This document shows, in pieces, positions 27,362 through 37,496 of a stretch of DNA of 64,000 nt (position 1 is the stretch's first letter; the number at the start of each line of letters is the position of its first letter). The stretch comes from Nitrospirota bacterium (GTDB taxonomy: Bacteria > Nitrospirota > Nitrospiria > 2-01-FULL-66-17): contig JBMOMD010000036.1 of assembly GCA_049325295.1 (NCBI GenBank), positions 80,656-144,655 of the forward strand, given 5' to 3'. The notes below the pieces were generated by a model. That model saw nothing but the letters and a program-made list of their open reading frames with translations. It was not told the origin of the DNA and did not search any database. The position numbers and the translations under genes were made by a program.

Positions 27362-28447
27362 TCAGCGAGGTGAAGCGATCACGCCGCCGCCCACCACCAC
27401 GTCGCCGTCGTAGAACACGATCGACTGGCCGGGTGTGATCGCGCGCTGGGGTTCGTCGAAGATGACCCGCAGCTGGCCATCCTGCCCCGGACTGACCGCG
27501 GCGGGAGCTTCAGGCGTCTTGTAGCGAAACTTGGCGGTCACCCGTACCGGCGTACGGATGCAGGCGACGGCGCCGAAATGGACGTCTTCGACCAGACACG
27601 ACTCGGAATACAGATCCGCCTCCGCGCCCAACACAACCAGGTTGCGTTCCGCGTCCACGGCCGTGACGTAGCGTCGCGCGCCGGCGGCCACGCCCAGCCC
27701 GCGGCGTTGGCCCACGGTGTAAAAGGCGACGCCGCGGTGGGATCCCACCGGTTCGCCGCCCACCCCGACCATGACGCCGGGGCGCTCGGTCTCCGGAGCG
27801 TAGGTCGCCACGAACTCGCGGTAATCCTTCTGGGTGACGAAACAGATTTCTTGGCTCTCCGCGATGTCGTCCACGGGCAACCCCATGGCCTGGGCCTTGG
27901 TCCACACCTCGGCCTTGGTGAATCCGCCCAGCGGAAACAACGTGCTTCGGAGCTGTTCCTGTGAGAGCCGATACAGAAAGTAGCTCTGGTCCTTGGTGGT
28001 ATCGACGCCCTTGCGTAAGCGATATCGGCCGGTGGCCGCGTCGTGTTCCACGCGCGCGTAATGACCCGTGGCCAGCACGTCCGCGCCCGCCGCTTGCGCG
28101 GCCTCGGCCAACAGCGCGAACTTCACCCGTTCGTTGCACAACACGCAGGGATTGGGCGTGCGCCCGGCCGCGTACGTGGCGCAAAAATCGTGGATCACCG
28201 CGCGGCGAAACCGCTCCTGCGCGTCGATGACCCGGTGCGGAATGCCCAGCTCTTGCGCCACGTACTGCGCGATCCCGATCTTGCAGCACGAACGATCCTG
28301 CCACCGCTTCTCGCGCTCACCGGGCTCGGACCACGTGCGCAACGTAATCCCCTCGACGCGATATCCCTCGGCCACGAGCATGGACGCCACCACCGCGCTA
28401 TCCACCCCGCCGCTGAGCCCGACAACGACTTTTTTCTCGCGATTCAT
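27362..28447 (-). CDS. mnmA: tRNA-specific 2-thiouridylase MnmA
   Basis: PP-loop VVVGLSGGVDSAVVA, catalytic Cys motifs and a C-terminal beta-barrel. The ATG at 28447 is used in place of the ORF track's 50-aa upstream extension. Confidence 0.9.
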   Translation of the reverse strand: MNREKKVVVGLSGGVDSAVVASMLVAEGYRVEGITLRTWSEPGEREKRWQDRSCCKIGIAQYVAQELGIPHRVIDAQERFRRAVIHDFCATYAAGRTPNPCVLCNERVKFALLAEAAQAAGADVLATGHYARVEHDAATGRYRLRKGVDTTKDQSYFLYRLSQEQLRSTLFPLGGFTKAEVWTKAQAMGLPVDDIAESQEICFVTQKDYREFVATYAPETERPGVMVGVGGEPVGSHRGVAFYTVGQRRGLGVAAGARRYVTAVDAERNLVVLGAEADLYSESCLVEDVHFGAVACIRTPVRVTAKFRYKTPEAPAAVSPGQDGQLRVIFDEPQRAITPGQSIVFYDGDVVVGGGVIASPR

Positions 28448-28577
28448 GATTTTGTTCTTTAGCGGCAGGCCTATAAACCTGCCGCAGAATTCATCCTGTC
28501 TTGTTCCGACTCCAAAATGCAGGGGCGGCCACGAAGGCCGCCCTAAGAGATTCGGTTCCTCGGGCGTCGAGAATGGG

Positions 28578-28664
28578 CCAGATGCAAGGCGCCGCAAGGA
28601 GGCCCGCCGGAGCGTACTGGGTCGTACGTGAGGACGGGCCGACGCAGCGGCAACGCCGCAGATG
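28578..28664 (-). repeat. Copy B (full core) of the dispersed structured intergenic repeat, in the bactofilin-mnmA spacer
   Basis: CCAGATGCAAGGCGCCGC ... GGCCCGCC-GGAGCGTAC-tgggtc-GTACGTGAG-GACGGGCC ... GCGGCAACGCCGCAGATG. The core hairpin is identical to copy C, but the outer stem differs and still pairs (GGCCCG/CGGGCC here, GCCTTGCG/CGCAAGGC in C). Confidence 0.65.
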
Positions 28665-28694
28665 ACCCGTTATCGGCGCCCGGCAGCGAACGAC

Positions 28695-29117
28695 CTACCG
28701 GTCGTTCGCTGCAATGGCGAGCGGCTCATGATCCACAATCATCTCCGGCCGCCCATCACTCTTCATCTCACACTGCCCGTTAAACCGCACGCCCGCCTCG
28801 ATCATCAGCACCGGCGTCTTGATGGAACCGCTGACCACCGCGGGATTGAGCAACTGCACCTTCTCGGTGGCGGTCACGTTCCCCGTGATCTTCCCGCCGC
28901 AGACCAATGTTGCGACCGACACCTCGGCGTCGATCACCGCGGTGTCTCCGACGATCAAGGTGCCGGTGGAGATGACTTCGCCTTCAATGTGTCCATCGAT
29001 GCGCACCGTGCCGTCGTACGTGACCACGCCTTTAAAACGCGTGCCTTTGCCCAAAAAGGCGATGATCTCGTCAGCAGCGCCGTTACGCTTGTCGCGGTCG
29101 TCTTTCTTCGTCAGCAT
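28695..29117 (-). CDS. Bactofilin (CcmA-like polymer-forming cytoskeletal protein)
   Basis: DUF583 beta-helical repeats (GTVRIDGHIEGEVISTGTLIVGDTAVIDAEVSVATLVCGGKITGNVTA). Its stop codon sits inside a perfect 12-bp hairpin (28684-28711). Confidence 0.8.
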   Translation of the reverse strand: MLTKKDDRDKRNGAADEIIAFLGKGTRFKGVVTYDGTVRIDGHIEGEVISTGTLIVGDTAVIDAEVSVATLVCGGKITGNVTATEKVQLLNPAVVSGSIKTPVLMIEAGVRFNGQCEMKSDGRPEMIVDHEPLAIAANDR

Positions 29118-29150
29118 TGCGTGATCTCCTTGGTGTACGTCCGCGGGTCG

Positions 29151-29981
29151 TCATGACCCAGCCACTGTGCGGGCCGTTGTGGGGCCAGCCTCCAGCCATT
29201 CTAGCAGACGATCCAATTCCTGGCTCGACGCGTAGTGGATGCGGATCTGTCCCGAGCGAGCCGTGCCTCGGATCACCACGCGGGTGCCGATGGCGCGCGC
29301 CAACCGCGTTTCCAGATCCACCGTTTCCACGGGCACGGTGCGCGGCCGTCGCGTGCGCGCGGCGGCGTTGACCAGATCTTCGGTACGCCGCACCGAGAGG
29401 CCTTCGGCGATCACGCGGCGACCCAACGCGAGTTGCGAACCGGGATCCAGCCCCAACAACACTTTGGCGTGCCCGTGGCTCAAACGATCGTCCAACACCG
29501 CTTGCTGCAACTCTTCGGGCAACTGCAACAACCGCAGCGTGTTCGCCACGCTCGAGCGATCTTTATGCACGCGGCGGGCCACGTCGTCCTGCGTCAGACC
29601 GAATTGCGTCATCAGCCGTCGGAAGGCCAGCGCTGCCTCCATCGGGTTGAGATCCTCGCGTTGCAGGTTCTCGATGAGCGCCAGCACCGCCGCGTCCGGG
29701 GGCGCGGCTTCTTTGACCACCGCCGGAATTTCGGTCAGCCCCGCCCGTTGCGCGGCGCGCCACCGGCGTTCGCCCGCGATCAACTCATACCCGTTCGGGA
29801 TCTTCCGGACCACCACCGGTTGCAGCACGCCCTGCTCCCGCAACGACTCCGCCAGTTCTTCCAGCGCGGTTTCCGCGAAGCGCTTGCGCGGCTGATGCGG
29901 GCTTCGCGAGATCAAATGGACCGGGATCGTCATGCCGCGTTCGGTCTCGCGCTCAGCCGGACGGCCCGCGTCGCCCAGCAA
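29151..29981 (-). CDS. parB: Chromosome partitioning protein ParB/Spo0J (start uncertain; probably extends upstream to about 30050)
   Basis: ParB box HQPRKRF, and HTH plus dimerisation regions. The conserved N-terminal GRGLEALLGDA motif is encoded in-frame upstream of the first canonical start. The track ORF begins at a TTG inside that motif. Confidence 0.85.
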   Translation of the reverse strand: MLGDAGRPAERETERGMTIPVHLISRSPHQPRKRFAETALEELAESLREQGVLQPVVVRKIPNGYELIAGERRWRAAQRAGLTEIPAVVKEAAPPDAAVLALIENLQREDLNPMEAALAFRRLMTQFGLTQDDVARRVHKDRSSVANTLRLLQLPEELQQAVLDDRLSHGHAKVLLGLDPGSQLALGRRVIAEGLSVRRTEDLVNAAARTRRPRTVPVETVDLETRLARAIGTRVVIRGTARSGQIRIHYASSQELDRLLEWLEAGPTTARTVAGS

Positions 29982-30052
29982 GGCTTCCAGACCGCGACCA
30001 AGGGCCTTGCGTTCACCGCCCGGGCGAGTTTTTGCCGAGCCCGCGGTGGATT

Positions 30053-30829
30053 CTATGCTGTCCGTTTGAGCACCTCCTTCGCAAGCTGCATATACAATTG
30101 GGCGCCCCGCGAGGCGATCTGATACAGCAACACGGGTTTGCCGTGACTCGGGGCCTCGGCCAAGGTCACGTTGCGCGGAATAATCGCGTCAAAGACCTGT
30201 TCGCCCAAGTGACTGCGGACTTCCGACGCAACCTGGACCGACAGGTTGTTGCGCGGGTCGTACATGGTCAACACGATGCCTTCGATCCGCAACCCGGTGT
30301 TCGCCGACTGTTGCAGGTGTTTGATCGTATCCAGCAACCGGCTCAATCCTTCCATCGCGTAATACTCGCATTGCACCGGAATAATGACCGAACGCGCCGC
30401 GATCAGCGCGTTGACCGTCAACAACCCCAACGACGGCGGGCAGTCGATGAATACAAAGTCATAGTCGCTCGCTACGGAATCGAGCGCCCGCCGCAGGCAC
30501 AGTTCGCGCTCCGGAAGCCCGACCAACTCCACCTCCGCGCCCGCTAGGTGCACGTCCGCAGGAATCACGTCGAGGTACTGCAGTTCAGTCTTCCGGATGG
30601 CATCCGAGGCCTTGCAGGCGCCGATCAAGACCGCGTAACTCCCCGGGCCCCGCTCGCCCAGCAACCCCACGCCGCTCGTCGCATTGCCTTGTGGGTCAAG
30701 ATCAACCAGCAGCACGCGGTGCTCCGCTACGGCAATAGATGCGGCAAGGTTCACCGCGGTCGTGGTCTTGCCCACGCCGCCCTTCTGGTTGGCAATCGCA
30801 ATCACGCGCGGAGAACCGTCCATGGTCAT
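30053..30829 (-). CDS. parA: Chromosome partitioning ATPase ParA/Soj
   Basis: Deviant Walker A KGGVGKTT, and [13 protein letters not shown]. Confidence 0.9.
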   Translation of the reverse strand: MTMDGSPRVIAIANQKGGVGKTTTAVNLAASIAVAEHRVLLVDLDPQGNATSGVGLLGERGPGSYAVLIGACKASDAIRKTELQYLDVIPADVHLAGAEVELVGLPERELCLRRALDSVASDYDFVFIDCPPSLGLLTVNALIAARSVIIPVQCEYYAMEGLSRLLDTIKHLQQSANTGLRIEGIVLTMYDPRNNLSVQVASEVRSHLGEQVFDAIIPRNVTLAEAPSHGKPVLLYQIASRGAQLYMQLAKEVLKRTA

Positions 30830-30917
30830 CTCAACGGCCGTGATCGTAGCACAACCAGCTCACCGAATGATAGATATGAAATGTTCCACGTGGAACATTT
30901 GCCGATAAGGGGGCTGG

Positions 30918-31559
30918 TTAGGTGGGCACGCGCCAGATCAACAATGCGTGGGTGAGGTCGGTCTCAGGAATCCGGTACGTGTGCACTAAAAACCCTGTGT
31001 CCGCATGTCCGGCCTGCTGCGTTGAGACCCAAATCACGACCATTCCACCCGGCTTAACTAAAGGAAGGGCTAAGTCTTTCGCTGATCGTGGTTCAGCAAC
31101 CGCACGCATCAGAACGGCGTCAAACCGACCAACCAGATCAGGCACCTGGCGCCTGAGATCCATCGTTTCCTCTACGATGGCGATGTCTTGGAGCTTGAGC
31201 AAGGCACAAACCGTGGTTAAGAACGCCGCGCGCTTTTGTCGCGGCTCAATCAGCGTCATGTGTAGATCGGGCCTGGCGATTTTAATGGGCAGCCCTGGAA
31301 ATCCGGCGCCGGACCCCAAGTCCGCAATCTGAGCCCCAGCCGGTAATTCATTCAACACCAGCATGCCCGCCAAGGAATCCAACACATGGCGCGTGACGAG
31401 GTCATTTATTGTTTCAGCGGCCGTGAGATTGATCCGTTGGTTCCATTTCCGAAGCTCGGCAAGGAAGCGGTCGATCTGCGCCAATTGGTCGCGGGAGATA
31501 GCCACGCCTAACGCAGCAGCCCCGCGCTCAAGGATTCGAAGCGGGGAGGAGTCCGACAC
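30918..31559 (-). CDS. rsmG: 16S rRNA (guanine527-N7)-methyltransferase RsmG (GidB)
   Basis: SAM motif DLGSGAGFPGLP, and the conserved RsmG N-terminal region. Confidence 0.9.
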   Translation of the reverse strand: MSDSSPLRILERGAAALGVAISRDQLAQIDRFLAELRKWNQRINLTAAETINDLVTRHVLDSLAGMLVLNELPAGAQIADLGSGAGFPGLPIKIARPDLHMTLIEPRQKRAAFLTTVCALLKLQDIAIVEETMDLRRQVPDLVGRFDAVLMRAVAEPRSAKDLALPLVKPGGMVVIWVSTQQAGHADTGFLVHTYRIPETDLTHALLIWRVPT

Positions 31560-31568
31560 GTGCTGGAT

Positions 31569-33449
31569 TTAGACGCCGGCGAGCGCCGACGCTGATCCGC
31601 CGCGCCGGTCGCGCTCGAGCGCGACCAGCAACAAGGACACAGCCGCCGGCGTGACGCCGGAAATGCGGGAGGCCTGGCCTAGTGACCGCGGGGACACGGC
31701 CGAGAGCTTTTCCACCACTTCGCGCGACAGGCCGTTGACGCGATCAAAAGCAAAGCCGATGGGAATTTTTCGGTCTTCGAGCTGTTTGAACCGCTCGACC
31801 TGTTGCTCCTGGCGTTTCAGATACCCCTCGTACTTGATCTCCAGTTCCACCTGCTCGGTCAATTCGGGGTCAACCGTTTTCAGCTCAGGCCATATCGCGG
31901 CCAAGTCCATGAACGCGACGTCCGGACGCCTGATCAACTGCGCGGCCGATGTTTCAGACGTGAGCCACGACCAAGCCTCAGGGAGCGGCGTGCTACGAAC
32001 TCGCAATCGCGACAGTCGTTCGATCTGTTCTTGAATCGCGTCACGCCGTGCACGGAATCGTTGATGCGTTTGGCCGTCGACCAAGCTGATCCGTGCGCCC
32101 AGATCCATCAACCGCACGTCCGCGTTGTCGTGTCGCAGCAGCAGCCGATACTCGGCACGCGACGTAAACATGCGATAGGGCTCGTTCGTGCCCTTGGTAA
32201 CCAGATCATCGATCAGCACCCCGATATAGGCCTGTGACCGCTCCAGGACCATGGGTTCTCGCTGTTGGATGGCCAACGCGGCGTTGATTCCGGCCATAAT
32301 GCCCTGTGCCGCGGCCTCTTCATATCCAGAGGTGCCGTTGATCTGACCCGCATGATACAAGCCAGGAACCACCTTGGTTTCCAGGGTGGGCCACAGTTGC
32401 GTGGGCGGGACATAGTCGTATTCGATCGCGTACCCAGGCTTGATGAACTCCACGCGCTCCAGCCCCGGAATCGTCCTTACAAACCGGTGCTGGACGTCAA
32501 CCGGCAAGCTGGTGGAGATGCCGTTGGGATAATAAATCGGCGTGTCCAAACCGTCAGGTTCCAGAAAGACCTGGTGACGCTCTTTATCGCTGAACCGGTG
32601 GATCTTGTCCTCGATTGACGGGCAATAGCGCGGGCCAGTGCCTTGGATCACGCCGGTAAACAAGGGCGAGCGGTCCAAATTGTCCGCGATGACCGCGTGC
32701 GTCTCCGCGCTGGTGTACGTCAAAAAGCACGGAACCTGTGACTGAGCAATCCGCTCAGTCCGATACGAAAACGGCCGAGGCGGATTGTCGCCATGTTGCG
32801 GCGTGGTGGCGGAGAAGTCGATCGTGCGACCATCCAACCGCGGCGGGGTCCCGGTCTTGAGACGTCCCAAGGTGAATCCCAACGCTTCCAGACTGGCGGA
32901 CAGGCCTTCAGCCGCTGGTTCGCCAGCACGGCCCGCTGAAAAGTTTGTCAAACCGACGTGAATCAGTCCGCGCAAGAACGTGCCCGTGGTCACGATCACG
33001 GCCTTGGCGCGATACAGGGTCCCGTCAGCGGTCACAACCCCTTCAACACCCGCGTCACCTGTTGCAAGCCGCACCACTTGCTCAGGCACAATGTTGAGGT
33101 TTGGTTGAGCCTCGAGCGTGGCCTGCATGGACAACCGATACCGCACCCGGTCCGCTTGAGCCCGCAACGCCCGCACCGCCGGGCCCTTGGACGTGTTGAG
33201 CATGCGGAACTGAATACCGGTCTCATCAATGGTGCGCGCCATCTGCCCACCCAGGGCATCGATCTCCCGCACCAAATGCCCCTTCGCAATCCCACCAATG
33301 GCCGGATTGCACGACATCTGGGCAATGTTCTCATAATTCATGGAAAACAAGAGCGTGCGGCATCCCATCCGAGCCGTCGCCAACGCCGCCTCACAGCCCG
33401 CGTGGCCAGCCCCGATGACGATGATATCTGGGAAACCGGTGGTTTTCAT
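31569..33449 (-). CDS. mnmG: tRNA uridine 5-carboxymethylaminomethyl modification enzyme MnmG (GidA)
   Basis: FAD motif [17 protein letters not shown], and a full-length GidA architecture of about 626 aa. Confidence 0.95.
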   Translation of the reverse strand: MKTTGFPDIIVIGAGHAGCEAALATARMGCRTLLFSMNYENIAQMSCNPAIGGIAKGHLVREIDALGGQMARTIDETGIQFRMLNTSKGPAVRALRAQADRVRYRLSMQATLEAQPNLNIVPEQVVRLATGDAGVEGVVTADGTLYRAKAVIVTTGTFLRGLIHVGLTNFSAGRAGEPAAEGLSASLEALGFTLGRLKTGTPPRLDGRTIDFSATTPQHGDNPPRPFSYRTERIAQSQVPCFLTYTSAETHAVIADNLDRSPLFTGVIQGTGPRYCPSIEDKIHRFSDKERHQVFLEPDGLDTPIYYPNGISTSLPVDVQHRFVRTIPGLERVEFIKPGYAIEYDYVPPTQLWPTLETKVVPGLYHAGQINGTSGYEEAAAQGIMAGINAALAIQQREPMVLERSQAYIGVLIDDLVTKGTNEPYRMFTSRAEYRLLLRHDNADVRLMDLGARISLVDGQTHQRFRARRDAIQEQIERLSRLRVRSTPLPEAWSWLTSETSAAQLIRRPDVAFMDLAAIWPELKTVDPELTEQVELEIKYEGYLKRQEQQVERFKQLEDRKIPIGFAFDRVNGLSREVVEKLSAVSPRSLGQASRISGVTPAAVSLLLVALERDRRGGSASALAGV

Positions 33450-33573
33450 CGTGTCTTGTCTGTTAAAACTTTACCCGATGTTCCACGTGGAACATGGTGA
33501 TTGAATCCTAATTAACATTAGAATCGCTCCGGCCTAGCAGTGCTGGCCTTGACGTGATGTCCAGTTTTTAGCG

Positions 33574-34968
33574 TCACTTTCCGATGCAAAACTTCGAAAA
33601 GATCTCGTTCAGGACATCGTCCGTTGTCACGGTCCCCAAAATTTCGCCCAACGCCTCCACCGCGCCGCGCAGGTCCATGGCGATGCACTCGTGCGGACCG
33701 CGCTCAGCCACTGTTGCGTGGAGGTGAGCGAGCGCGGACTCGGCTCGGTTCAGCGCCTCAACGTGGCGAAGTTTGGTGACGAACGCACCTTCTGTGGTCG
33801 CGACGCCTCCGTTGAGACGAGTCGCGATCTCCTTGGTCAACGTCTCGATGCCTTGGTGCGTATGGGTTGAAAGGGCATGAACCGGCTGCCCACCGAGCGC
33901 TTGGCTGATTGCACTGATATCCGCGCGTTGCGCAAGATCCGCCTTGTTTGCCACCGCGATGACCGAGCGGTCCTTTAATTGGGCCAGCACCGCGTGATCG
34001 TCATCCGCCAGCGGCTCCGAGCCGTCAAACATCGCGAGAATCAGGTCCGCGCCCGCGACCGCGTCGTTGGTACGGCGGATGCCTTCGACCTCCACGGGGT
34101 CTGCCGTGCGTCTCACGCCAGCCGTATCCGAGAGCCGAACAGTAATCCCGCCAAGGTCTGCCGCTTCCTCGATCGTATCGCGCGTGGTCCCCGGAATCGG
34201 CGTGACGATCGCGCGGTTCTCGCGCAGCAACACGTTGAGCAAGCTGGACTTGCCCACATTGGGCCGGCCCGCGATCACCACCGACGCGCCTTCGCGCGCG
34301 ATGCGGCCGCGATCCGCGGTGGCGAGCAAGCGCCGAATCTCGCGTCGGGCTTCGTCCACCGACACGGTCAGCGCTTCGCGCGGCAAGAACTCCAGGCCTT
34401 CCTCGGAAAAGTCGATACTCGCCTCGATCTCCACCAGCAGCCCCACGAGGCGCTCTTGGAGAGGGCGGATCGCGGCGGATAATCCGCCCCGCAGTTGCGC
34501 CACGGCCGCGCGCGCGCCCGCGTCGCTCTGCGCGCGGATCAGATCCATCACGGCTTCGGCTTGCGCGAGGTCGATCCGGCCGTTCATGAACGCGCGTCGC
34601 GTAAACTCCCCGGGCTGGGCGAGCCGAACGCCGGGCGCGAGCAACAGGCTCATGATCCGCTTTAACACGTGGGGGCCGCCGTGGCACGAAATCTCCACCA
34701 CGTCTTCGCGCGTGTAACTCTTGGGCGCGCGCATGAGCGTCACCAGCACTTCGTCGACGATCCCATTATGGGATTCATCGATCGCGTGACCGAACGCCAC
34801 GTAGCGGTCTTCGAGCGATTTGAGCGATTGGTTCGATTGCAACCGCAGCACGCGATCCGCGGCGGCGACGGCGCCCGGGCCCGAGAGGCGGATCACGCCG
34901 ATCGCGGCTTCGCCCGGCGCGGTCGCGATCGCGCAGATGGTGTCAGACGGGAGTGTGCGCTCCGGCAT
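33574..34968 (-). CDS. mnmE: tRNA modification GTPase MnmE (TrmE)
   Basis: G-domain GRPNVGKSSLLN, DTAG, NKAD, and the C-terminal CIGK motif. Confidence 0.95.
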   Translation of the reverse strand: MPERTLPSDTICAIATAPGEAAIGVIRLSGPGAVAAADRVLRLQSNQSLKSLEDRYVAFGHAIDESHNGIVDEVLVTLMRAPKSYTREDVVEISCHGGPHVLKRIMSLLLAPGVRLAQPGEFTRRAFMNGRIDLAQAEAVMDLIRAQSDAGARAAVAQLRGGLSAAIRPLQERLVGLLVEIEASIDFSEEGLEFLPREALTVSVDEARREIRRLLATADRGRIAREGASVVIAGRPNVGKSSLLNVLLRENRAIVTPIPGTTRDTIEEAADLGGITVRLSDTAGVRRTADPVEVEGIRRTNDAVAGADLILAMFDGSEPLADDDHAVLAQLKDRSVIAVANKADLAQRADISAISQALGGQPVHALSTHTHQGIETLTKEIATRLNGGVATTEGAFVTKLRHVEALNRAESALAHLHATVAERGPHECIAMDLRGAVEALGEILGTVTTDDVLNEIFSKFCIGK

Positions 34969-34980
34969 CGGAACCCTCGG

Positions 34981-36627
34981 TCACGCGGACAGGCCTTTCG
35001 GAATCACGAGGGGCTGCGGCTTATAGTACTTCAACGTCACGTACTGCTGCACGATGGTCAAGGTGTTGTTGGCGATCCAGTACAGCACCAGTCCGGCCGG
35101 AAACGCGAGGAAGAAAAACGTGAAAATGACCGGCAAGAACAACATGATCTTGGCTTGGGTCGGATCCATGGTGGTGGGCTGGATCTTCTGTTGAATGAAC
35201 ATCGTGATGCCCATCACGATCGGCAACACGTAGTACGGGTCCTTGTCCGACAGGTCGGTGATCCACCCGAAAAAGGGCGCCTGCCGCAACTCGATCGTGG
35301 TGTATAAGATGTTGAACAACGCGATGAAAAACGGAATCTGCACCAGCATGGGCAGGCACCCGCCGAGCGGATTGACCTTGTTGCCTTTGTAGAGCGCCAT
35401 CAACTCCTGGTTGAGTCGCATCTTGTCGTGTTTATATTTTTTCTGAAGCGCCTGGGTCTGCGGGTGCAGCGCGGCCATGGCTTTCATCGATACGAAACTC
35501 TTGTGCGAGAGCGGCGCGAACACCAGTTTGATCAACGCGGTCAACAAGAGGATCGCGATCCCGAAGTTTCCGGTGAACCCGTGCAGAAATTGGAGCAACA
35601 AGAACAAGGGTTCCGCGATCAATCGCACCAGCGCCCAACTGCCATAGATAAACCAGCCAAAGTCGATCGTTTCTTGCAGCCCGATCTGCAGGGCGGCCAA
35701 ACGGTCGTACTCTTTGGGCCCGGCGTACAGGCGAGCGGTGACCACTTTACCGTCGGACGGCTCGGGCTCTCGTAACCCGATGGTCACGCGGTTCTCGCCC
35801 AAGCGCTCCGCCACCACCGTGCTGTTCGGCGCGCTCGGGATCAACGTGGTCACGAAGTACTTGTCCTGGAGGGCGGTCCAGGTCACGCGCCCGGCGTGCA
35901 CCGCCGGCTGATCGAGGTTGGAGGGTTTGTCTTGCACCACTTTCCCGTCGATCAAGCTGGTGGGGCCGATGTAGCCGACAAACGACACGTCGCCCCAGTG
36001 CCGAATCCCAAAGTTTTCTCCCAACACCACGCGATAGGAGCCGGACATCCCCCAGGTGGTGACTTCGACGTCCACTAGGTAGTTATCGTGGTGAAACGTT
36101 AGGCGCTTGACGAGCATTTCGCCGCTCGGCCCCCGCGTTTGAAATCTCAGCGTGCCGCTCGGCCGGTCCGGACCGAGACGCAGGTCGCCTCCGTCCACGG
36201 CGTACAATCCGCTTTGGATCGCGGCGCGCGAGGCCTCGTCTCCGGCTTCCAGCACGACGGCCAACGGAGACGCGCCGCCCGCGGCCGGAGGCGTGTAGAG
36301 GTCGATCGGCGTGTCTTTGGTCGGCCCGTCTTTGTACCGCGATAATCGCCACGAGGTGATCACCGCCCCCCGCGTGGACAACGTGGCGCGATACAGGTCC
36401 GTCTCGACCACGACGGTCCGCTCGTCCGCAGACGGCGCGACCGAAGCAGCGCCAGGCGCCGTTTCAGGAACGCCCGAAGGCGACGCGGCCGTGCCGGTCG
36501 TCTCGGTCGGGGACGTTGCCGGAGCTTGAAGGTCGGACTTCGGTGGCGGCGCGGGCGGAAACAGCACCGAGTACCCGATGATGATCGAAATGGAAAGAAC
36601 TAAAAATAAGATCGCGTTACGTTCCAT
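34981..36627 (-). CDS. yidC: Membrane protein insertase YidC
   Basis: N-terminal TM, large periplasmic domain, and the conserved C-terminal 5-TM core (PLGGCLPMLVQIPFFIALF...). Confidence 0.9.
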   Translation of the reverse strand: MERNAILFLVLSISIIIGYSVLFPPAPPPKSDLQAPATSPTETTGTAASPSGVPETAPGAASVAPSADERTVVVETDLYRATLSTRGAVITSWRLSRYKDGPTKDTPIDLYTPPAAGGASPLAVVLEAGDEASRAAIQSGLYAVDGGDLRLGPDRPSGTLRFQTRGPSGEMLVKRLTFHHDNYLVDVEVTTWGMSGSYRVVLGENFGIRHWGDVSFVGYIGPTSLIDGKVVQDKPSNLDQPAVHAGRVTWTALQDKYFVTTLIPSAPNSTVVAERLGENRVTIGLREPEPSDGKVVTARLYAGPKEYDRLAALQIGLQETIDFGWFIYGSWALVRLIAEPLFLLLQFLHGFTGNFGIAILLLTALIKLVFAPLSHKSFVSMKAMAALHPQTQALQKKYKHDKMRLNQELMALYKGNKVNPLGGCLPMLVQIPFFIALFNILYTTIELRQAPFFGWITDLSDKDPYYVLPIVMGITMFIQQKIQPTTMDPTQAKIMLFLPVIFTFFFLAFPAGLVLYWIANNTLTIVQQYVTLKYYKPQPLVIPKGLSA

Positions 36628-36683
36628 CGCGTAGGCACACGTCTCGTGTTAGAGGGATTGGGACACCGCGCGTTTCGGGGCGG

Positions 36684-36956
36684 TCACGGAACGGGGTCGT
36701 ATCCGCCGGCGCACAGCGGGTGACATCGCAGCAGACGCCGAATCGTCAGCCATGCGCCCTTGGCCGCGCCATATCGCTCCAGCGCGTCCACCGCGTAGGC
36801 CGAACACGTCGGAAGAAACCGGCACCGGGGCGCCAACCACGGGGAAATCAAGCGGCGGTACCCGTGCACGAGCCCCACGCACGCCCGGCACAGGAACCCG
36901 CGACCGTGCGCGGCGCTGGGTGCCGGCGAGGCGGTTACGAACACGTCTTGATCCAT
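36684..36956 (-). CDS. yidD: Membrane protein insertion efficiency factor YidD
   Basis: [58 protein letters not shown]. The ATG at 36956 overlaps the rnpA 3' end by about 22 nt. The longer track ORF is trimmed. Confidence 0.7.
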   Translation of the reverse strand: MDQDVFVTASPAPSAAHGRGFLCRACVGLVHGYRRLISPWLAPRCRFLPTCSAYAVDALERYGAAKGAWLTIRRLLRCHPLCAGGYDPVP

Positions 36957-37270
36957 TCCACAAACAGCGCGGCGATCCGTTCGTTTAACGTGGCGAACGA
37001 CCATGACTGAACGGGAGAACGGGGCAGCACCAACCAATCCCATCCGGCCGGAACAACGTCGGGATGAGTCCGCAGAACCTCGCGCAACCGGCGTTTGACC
37101 CGGTTTCGCTCCACCGCGCCGCCGAACTTACGCCCGACAATGACGCCCGCGCGGCGACTCTCCGGGGCATCCGCCCGGCGCAGACCCACCACCGTCAGCG
37201 GGCCGCGTGATAACCGTTTCCCGCGCTCGAAGATCCTTCGGATCTCCGGCGAGCGGGAAATTCGAGCCAC
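36935..37270 (-). CDS. rnpA: Ribonuclease P protein component
   Basis: Basic N-terminus and the RNR motif ([10 protein letters not shown]). Positioned between rpmH and yidD. Confidence 0.85.
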   Translation of the reverse strand: MARISRSPEIRRIFERGKRLSRGPLTVVGLRRADAPESRRAGVIVGRKFGGAVERNRVKRRLREVLRTHPDVVPAGWDWLVLPRSPVQSWSFATLNERIAALFVEWIKTCS

Positions 37271-37284
37271 CCTGACGTCGCCGG

Positions 37285-37425
37285 TCAGACCGTGGTCAGG
37301 CGTTTTCTCCCCTTGGCGCGACGGCGTTTCAGCACACGACGGCCGTCGGTGGTGGACATCCGCTTGCGGAATCCATGCGTGCGTTTGCGACGCAAATTAC
37401 TCGGTTGCCGGGTTGTAACGGACAT
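37285..37425 (-). CDS. rpmH: 50S ribosomal protein L34 (46 aa; absent from the ORF track because it is shorter than 60 aa)
   Basis: Manual translation of the minus strand gives [55 protein letters not shown] lies 7 nt upstream of the ATG at 37425. Confidence 0.9.
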   Translation of the reverse strand: MSVTTRQPSNLRRKRTHGFRKRMSTTDGRRVLKRRRAKGRKRLTTV

Positions 37426-37467
37426 GAGACGACACTCCTTCGCTTGTTATTTCCGAAAAAACGCCCT

Positions 37468-37496
37468 ATTATAGGGAACCCCTCACGGGGTGTCAA
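37468..37496 (-). promoter_or_regulatory. Consensus sigma70 promoter for rpmH-rnpA (TTGACA-17 nt-TATAAT)
   Basis: On the minus strand: TTGACA (37496-37491), the 17-nt spacer ccccgtgaggggttccc (itself a cccc-N4-gggg hairpin), TATAAT (37473-37468), about 45 nt upstream of the rpmH ATG. Confidence 0.7.

Noticed and set aside
34025-34717. 220-aa minus and 216-aa plus ORFs inside mnmE
   Set aside because: They are alternate-frame or antisense artefacts within a strongly supported GTPase gene.
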